A DNA stretch of 64,000 nucleotides from contig OZ024753.1 in NCBI GenBank assembly GCA_964016885.1, positions 33,976,001-34,040,000 on the forward strand. The letters run 5' to 3'. The stretch's first letter is position 1. Every line of letters starts with the position of its first letter. Shown here in pieces: positions 55,946 to 64,000 of this stretch. Below the pieces are notes generated by a model. The model was not told where the DNA came from and made no database searches. It saw nothing but the letters and a program-made list of their open reading frames with translations. Position numbers and translations under genes: made by a program. Source of the DNA: Eledone cirrhosa (lineage: Eukaryota).

Positions 55946-56348
55946 TAATTATTATTATTATTATTATTATTAATATTATTAACTTTGCTGGCAAATTTAC
56001 AAAGATAACCGCTGACTGAACAAAGATATCGACTCAATGATGAAGTTTGCAAATTGTAATTAATTCATTTTTGGTTTTTATCTAAGGAGAAATCTCTAGC
56101 TATTATTTTCTTATCACATTCAACGACCTCATTCATACTTACATAAACACAAACAAACACACGTACAAATGTACATATATTCTTTCATCTAACCGTCTAA
56201 CTGCTATCTACTACACTCACTAGATCAATCTCCATTCACATAACAGAAAAAGTTCTTAACTATTTTGTATCCCAGTTTTTAGTGTAATCACATTTAATTA
56301 TATATCACAGTATTGCGTTCTCTAGTTTCCCCAGTTCCACTGATATAT

Positions 56349-56521
56349 GTAAGGAGCCAGGTGGACCATAACGCATCAAAGTACTCAATACTTAGGGTAG
56401 TAGAGTGGGTAATAGGAACCACTAAGACCCCGACGGCTGAGCTCAAGCCGTTTCGACGGCTAATTCTGGACTAATTAGCCGTCGAAACGGCTTGAGCTCA
56501 GCCGTCGGGGTCTTACTGGTT

Positions 56522-56526
<5 letters not shown>
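56349..56526 (-). mobile_element. Fold-back mini-element, copy D
   Basis: Palindrome 56412-56526 plus tail. Confidence 0.88.
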
Positions 56527-56578
<52 letters not shown>

Positions 56579-57310
56579 TTTACCCGACAATTTCAAATTC
56601 GCTGTCAGTATTATCATCACCTTTGTTATCACAATCGCTTTTCTTTGTCATAATTATCTTCATAACTATCCACTTAGAAATATATAAATAATTGATATAT
56701 CTTTAAGCCCGTTTGCAGATATAAGCATGTCAGCTTCTGGTATAATTTTTGATTTTATATATTATCATCATCCTCATCATCATCGTCATCTAAATAGAGT
56801 GATTTTAACTTGAGACAAAGTCAAGATAAACATGAAACACAGAGGACAAAAGCCATTGAGAAAGTCGCAGACAGTGTGATAAAAGAGCTTTGACAATTCG
56901 GTAAATAGCCGTTTGATTGTTTCACCAACCGATGGGGAGGAAGTTATCTGTCGGAGAGGAACGGTACGTGGCCTCTGTTGTCCGCTGTTTGTGTATAACA
57001 AACAAACAGCGGACAACAGAGCCCCCCCCCCCCGGAAAACCCCCCAGTTGATGGATGCGAATCCAAAATATAGGGACAATTAAATCTCTCTCAATGTAAC
57101 TCTATCTCGTGTTATCATTTTTATTTTTTACGCTCTTTCCTACGTTCCTCTACACACTATACATCTCATTCTACATTCCCTTACATCTCTCTCTTCGCCA
57201 CCGGATTCTGTTACCCGGAGATTTACTCATCTGCATTGTTGAGGCTTCCAAAACGACCCCAAAAATTTTTTATTATTCCACAATGCTTCAAGCAAACTTC
57301 AATACTCTCT

Positions 57311-57393
<83 letters not shown>

Positions 57394-58371
57394 ACAGTTA
57401 CGCCTAAAACATGTCAATGGTCAAACTATCTAAAACTATCTAAAACTGTATGCTTAATAACTTCCATTATTTGCAAACTATAGTACTTCCATGCCCAAAT
57501 TAAAGCCGTTTCCTGCAACCAACATATTAACGGAAATCCGAATATAACCCCATTAGAGTTCAATAAGCTTATAATTCTTTATTATAAAGGATGATATGAA
57601 TACATTGCAAAGCACAAACGGCGACATTTATTCATTTCATATCTGACAATTCTAATATAATAGACACAATACTTTCCTTGAGATACATACTATATCAATA
57701 TTATTTAAGTGAGGCTTGTCTAAGTACTCTAACAAGATTTATTTTTAAATACGACACGAACAAATTTTCTGGAGAAGTACTATGAGCTACTGATACACGA
57801 TAAATTAGTTGAACACCGAAGTACAGTAATGAACCATGAAATAAATAAATGATTAAGTTTAGACGACAAATAAATTAAAATTTCATAAGAAAAATAACTA
57901 ATGAGAAGAAAACGGACATACTAATTTACCGGTAACACCTGCTGAGATAAAACAATCTTCCCAATTGGACAGTGCAAAATTCAATATTACGTTTTAATTG
58001 ATGTGAAAAAGAGTTATCTTTCCAATTCACCGAGACGCCGCCATTTATTTATTTCCCAATAACTGATTATATAGATTTTGTTTCTTATATATATATATTT
58101 CACTACCAAACTATTAACTTGACTTTCTCCAGCCTATCATCTTGTGCATTCACCTGTCAAATGTTTCTCAAATCTTTCTCCAGAGAACCTAAGCGTTTCA
58201 TAGCCAGGAAATGCAACTTATATACGAAGGAATATTCTGTTAGCCTTGACTGAAATCAGGTAAACATACTTCCTTTTTGTATTGAAATTCAATCTACAGC
58301 TTCTTACTGAACGTTATATTTCCTTTATCGACATAAATGCTTATGGTGTGTGTGGACGTGTATATATATAG

Positions 58372-58473
<102 letters not shown>

Positions 58474-58490
58474 ACACATGCATATATATA

Positions 58491-58627
58491 TAACGAAGGA
58501 AATGTGGTAAGGAGCCAGATGAACCATAACGCACCAAAGTATCAATACTTAGGGTAGTAGAGTGGGTAATAGGAACAAGTAGGACCCCGACGGCTGAACT
58601 CAAGCCGGTTCGACGGCTAATTCTGAA
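58491..58627 (-). mobile_element. Fold-back family copy E lacking the inverted arm
   Basis: Tail plus one arm, ending at taattctga. Confidence 0.85.
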
Positions 58628-59112
58628 TGTGTGTATGTATTTCAGTTTTCTTGTGTTTGTGAGTATTATACACGATTAATAGAAAAACAAGAAGCAAATG
58701 TGATAGTTTGTCAACATAAATGCTATTTACAGTGAAATCGTTATAGAGAAGTGGAGTTCTGAATTTCTATTCATTACTCTGAAAAGTTATATGAAAACAG
58801 ATAACGCAGCTGCAATTTCAGAGGTGAAAGCTATTATCTGTCCAGCGATGCATGCAATTATATTTTGCTTTCTTGGTGATCGTCTTGCAAACCATGGTAG
58901 ATATACACGTCTCATTTGGAGAAATTGGGTGATAATATTACCAAATCTTTCACCGTTTCTCTCTATCTCAGAGAAACCCGATCGAAATTGCAAAAGTGTT
59001 GCGAAAATTTTGTCACCTCAAGAAATAAATGGCAAGTGAACATAATCTGTCTGTGCTGTTAGATAGTTTCCCTTCTCCACATAGAAAGCCAATGACCACA
59101 CATACGAAGGAA

Positions 59113-59162
<50 letters not shown>

Positions 59163-59322
59163 ATTCTCTCTCTCTCTCTATCTATCTCTCTCTCTCTCTC
59201 TCTCTCCCCGTCTGTCCTCTTTTTCTTTAGATTATAAGCTGTACATCGTTATCTATCTCTCATATTATAAGCCTTAGTTCTCATTCTCTCTCTCCTTTTC
59301 TCTTTCTCTCTACCGCAATTTA

Positions 59323-59383
<61 letters not shown>

Positions 59384-59442
59384 TAAATCTGTTGCCAATT
59401 TTTGGTTTCTCAGCCTCTGATTTATAAGCAATATAAAATTTG

Positions 59443-59656
59443 TCGATCTACTTTCGTCAAATCGGACCGAGGAAACAATGTTTCCGTTGGTCTTTCCAAT
59501 TGCTAATAATATCTATCGGTCGCAACTCCAGGTAGAAGGAGCAACGTGAAATAAAGTGTCTTGCTCAAGGACATAACGCATCGCCCGGTCCAGGAATCAA
59601 ACTGACAACCTCACGATTGCGAATCCAGTTCTCTAGCCAATCAGTCACACGCCTTC
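59443..59656 (-). mobile_element. tRNA-derived CORE-like SINE
   Basis: Reverse copy of 29379-29590. Confidence 0.85.
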
Positions 59657-59694
59657 ACTCAGTATAAGCAATATCTCATTATTCATTATTATTT

Positions 59695-59880
59695 AGCGGT
59701 GGATTGGCAGAGTTGGTAGAGGGTTGGACATGCTTTCCAGCATAGTTACGTCCCTTTACGATCTGAGTTCAAATCCCGCCAAGGTTAACTTTGCCTTTCA
59801 TCCTTACGAGGTCGATAAAATAAAGTACCAGTAATGTACTGGGTAATTGCTGGCCTTGTGCTGAAAGTAGAAACAATTAT
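59695..59880 (+). mobile_element. tRNA-derived SINE
   Basis: Full copy of the dominant family. Confidence 0.88.
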
Positions 59881-60256
59881 TTAGTTTCACTACATACAGC
59901 ACCATCTTTTGTAGAGTAGAGTAGATTTGATTAAATCGATCCAAATGATAGTACAATTTTAATTTCGAATGTAGGTAAACATGATAAAGCAATGACATGC
60001 ATTTGTTATTCTCTCACACCATTCTTTCTCCCAACTATTCAACGTCATTTCAAACAATTTTTATTGTCTGGTTAGTCAGAAAGGAACGTTCAGTAGCCAT
60101 GACACTTTTCAGATCCTTCGAGAATAGTAAGAGGGGTGTAGCAAGAAGATATACCAAATCGAAGATGTGGCTCGAAGCTTGCAACAGGTTTGGACGCCAT
60201 AAAAGGTCCCCAGGAAGCAATGTGGTGGAGTTAAACTGGACGAACAACTAAGTCTA

Positions 60257-60310
<54 letters not shown>

Positions 60311-60520
60311 CGTTTCTGAATTTGTTTAGCAAGATTCTTTATCTGAAAACGTGTGTTGAAACCGATATTGTTATGCTTTGGGAGGGTCATGTTGCCAATA
60401 AGAAACACACGCACCAGATGCTTTCACTCCAATTTATTATAAGTTAAATTTATAAATTTAAGAATTTATAAATTTCCGGTTGGTTGGTTGGTTCCACAAC
60501 CGGACGGTTGTTCATATATT

Positions 60521-60563
60521 GTCAAAGTTCTTTCGTCACACATTCTGTGACCTCTTCAGTGAC
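60521..60563 (-). ncRNA. Minimal type I hammerhead motif with extra nucleotide after A9
   Basis: GUCA-CUGAAGA-g-GUCACA(gaaug)UGUGAC-GAAA(gaac)UU|UGAC. Confidence 0.75.
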
Positions 60564-60596
60564 TGGGGATTCTTTTCTTTGTTTTTGTGCATCTCC

Positions 60597-60629
<33 letters not shown>

Positions 60630-60843
60630 GAGAGTTATAAACTCAAATAGTCTTTTACAATTAAATAGCTCAAAGAAAGGAATATTTCTGAGCCGTGTAA
60701 TACAAATGAATATATGATAGGGATAAACACTGATACAAGTATACATGTGTTCGCATTGCAAATGACCAAATATATATATATAATATCTATATATATATTT
60801 ACATACACATACAATATATATACTAATATGTGTATATATTATA

Positions 60844-60894
<51 letters not shown>

Positions 60895-61229
60895 TATATA
60901 AATATGCACATGCATATACAATATATATACATATATATGCATACATATCTATCTATATATATATATACATACATATCTCTGTATATATACATATATATAT
61001 ATATTAGTTATAAATATATATATATATACATACATATCTCTATATATATACATATATATATATATATTAGTTATAAATATATATATAGAGAGAGTTATAT
61101 ATATATAGTTTTATATATATATATATATATAACTCTCTATATATATATATAACTATATATATATTTATAACTAATATATATATATATAACTCTCTCTATA
61201 TATATATTAGTTATAAATATATATAGTGT

Positions 61230-61261
<32 letters not shown>

Positions 61262-63544
61262 TAGATATATATACATATGCATACATACATATATGTGTTA
61301 TCTGCTTAGATGCTGAAGTTATTAGCCAGTGAAAAACGTCCAATACATAGCAAAACCCACAATAATCTAGCCTTTTCTCTCCCCTGTCTCTCTCCTTGCT
61401 TTCTCTTCTAATTTAAGCATGTGTGAAACTTCATTTATAAGACTAAACTTAACTAATCCTATAATAATCTTCTATTTTAGTTCTCTATAGTCTTTTTCCT
61501 TTCTAAACAATTTTTAATTTAATTTGAAATGCATTGTAATAATCTCTCTAGCAATATGATCCGTTAGAGATAGTTTCTTTGGTTTCTATCTCAACAGCAA
61601 TAGCCAGGAATAATTATCTAAAATAATTCAAAGAAGTGTTCTGAAATTGATTATTCATGGACATCATTTGAATCTGTAGAATAGAATAATTCTGAATAAA
61701 ATCCTACTTAAGTAATTTGAAATTCCATTCAGAACATGGTTTTCTTATTTGGTCTTTCCAAAACTAAACAAAAAAAACAACATGACATCCCACCTTTATT
61801 TTCATTTTAATACTCCTGTTATCTTCTTTTCAGTATAATATTGAATCATTCCTAAATACTCAAACCATTTCATTATTCACATTCTATCCGTAAGAATTTG
61901 AATAAAAGCCATTCTGTTCGTTCGGTCATGAACTTCAAATGTTGTAAGGCTTTTTCTCTCTCTTGTTTGCTATTGTTGTTATTGGTGTGGTGTTCAATTT
62001 TTTTTTCCACGTGTACTTTGAAGTAAACCGATCGGCTGGAGAATGTTTAGCTTTCCATTGCACATAAAGCCAAACATTTCTGTGAGAGAAGTGGGAAGAA
62101 AACTAAAGAATACCAGTGAAAAGCAGTCGGCATCATAATGGAATTGAAAAGTAAGCTATAATAGGAAAGCTATGGAAAGCTATGGAAAGCTATGGAAAGC
62201 AGCTATAAAGGTAAACTTAAATGCTAAGCTAAAAGGCTCACAATGATACTGTCAATGTTTCAATGAACATTTTTCTTAGGTGTTGTTATTGCCATTGTTG
62301 TTGTTCTTAGTAATGTTTCTTATGAGTTTTTCCTGTTATTCATGTTAGAATTGTTTCTGTTGGTCATGTTGCCATTCATTTTACATTTCAATCATTTTTG
62401 TATTATTGTAGTTTGTTACTGTTGCTGTTGCTTTTTCAGTATTGATTTCTTGTTTTTGTAGTTAGTTTTCTTCATCTTGTTCGTTCTGTTGTCAATATTT
62501 CTACTGTTGTTATTATTATTATCGTTATTGTTTTTGTTTTTGTGGTTCTTGCTATTGCTCCTTTCATTATGCAATTCTCTTTTCATTGATTGATCTAAGG
62601 CATATTTATGATCCACATAGGGACAAATGAAAAGCTTTGTTGATCTGTATTACATTATATCAACCACAAAACTATAACAATAACTAATAAGTACGACGAT
62701 AAAAATTAAGTGATGTGATAATGAATTAGAATGAAAGCAACAATAATAAACAATTACAGTTTAACAACAACAGCACAACAAATGGCCATTATACAACAGA
62801 GAAGAAAAACCAAACATATAAAAACGACCAACATCGACAGCCGCAATAACAATAACACACAGAAAATATATATCAAAAGATTTCACGGCAACAATAATGA
62901 ATACAAGGATATATCAATTTTTTCTGTCATTTCAGTTAATGTTATTTCAAAACATTTGAGATAATTCAATATTTACAAAAGTTTTAATACATAGCTATAG
63001 TATGTAGATAAAAAAAAATCGTTCTAGAGTTATTTTCTTCTGAAATCAGAGCTTATGTTGTTAGATGAGATTCCATTCAGTATCATAAAGTGTTTTTGTA
63101 TTGGAGTTGCTATCGTTGTTGGTTCATTGACTTAACATCATAATACGTTCTGAGTTCAAATCCCGCTGAGGTCAACGTTACTTTGCATCTTCCCCGGGAT
63201 TGATAAATTAAAATACCAGTTAAATACTACTGAGTTCAATTTAATCGACCTTCTCTTAACTCGAAATTGCTGACCGGGGGTGGTGACTGAATGATATGTA
63301 GGCAGAAATGTGTTGACTGGAAAATATAATAATCCACATCACCATCTTCATCACAACATCATCATCTTCATCATCATTCACCATATTCATCATCATTATG
63401 ATGAACATGATCATCGTCATCATCATCGCTATCATAATCATCATCATCATCCCTACCACCATCATTATCCTCATCCTCATAATTATATAATTTATTAATA
63501 TATTTCTTGACATTTCAGAGTTCGATTTATCTTCATCATATTAT

Positions 63545-63730
63545 TATGGATTGGCAGTATTGGGAGAGGGTCGGACGCTATGCTTTGACATATAGAGTTA
63601 CGGCCCTTGCCATTCTGAGTTCAAATCCCGCCGAGGTTAACTTTGCCTTTCATCCTTACGGGTCGATAAAATAAAGTACCAGTAATGCACTTGGTAATTG
63701 CTGGCCTTGTGCCTAACGTAGAAACAATTA
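63545..63730 (+). mobile_element. tRNA-derived SINE
   Basis: Full copy of the dominant family. Confidence 0.88.
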
Positions 63731-64000
63731 TTACAAATTCCACGTGTCTCGATTTTCTCTCAGCAATAATAATGATAACTACGATTAGTTATCAAAATTA
63801 GAATTACGAATCAAAAATACCAAAATTTGATACAATGTTTGTCAGGTAATTTATAAGAATTCTTGGCATAATAACAACAGTAAAGTAATGTCGACAATAA
63901 CCGTATTCCAAATTTATAAATTACCAAACCAGTTATTTTCCTCCTAGGCAAGATATGAACGTAATTATGGTAGATAGTTTTTAATACGTTTAACAGTTAA

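Noticed and set aside
58787-59039. Overlapping non-repetitive ORFs as a host exon
   Set aside because: No recognisable domain, open on both strands, no convincing splice context. Would need BLASTX or RNA-seq.
60090-60245. Possible old LINE coding fragment (weakly similar region at 57200-57300)
   Set aside because: Resemblance too weak to support without a profile search.

Overview
Very AT-rich, microsatellite-saturated eukaryotic non-coding DNA. The (TA)n/(CATA)n load and the SINE families look octopod/cephalopod-like (inference, not verified). No host protein-coding exon could be supported, and almost all ORFs in the track are microsatellite artefacts. Real coding remnants are all retrotransposon-derived: a 5'-truncated Penelope-like element (RT C-terminus + GIY-YIG), a CR1-type LINE, an R4/Dong-type LINE 3' end, RTE fragments and a Tx1/L1-like fragment. 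There are also many tRNA-derived SINEs, a Tc1/mariner MITE and a 16-bp minisatellite. The main unexplained signal is a dense set of small non-coding elements in or next to (TA)n tracts that carry type I hammerhead ribozyme (HHR) motifs, found by eye: about 12 full-core motifs from about 7 sequence families, including one in the Penelope 3' repeat. Several occur as head-to-head inverted pairs. One copy ends exactly at the predicted self-cleavage site. One family has a branched 79-nt insert in stem II. Another family is a perfect fold-back of half a hammerhead whose arms co-vary copy by copy. Together these suggest a (TA)n-targeted Penelope-driven system of hammerhead-bearing mini-retroelements. 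All structures were folded manually and no activity has been shown.
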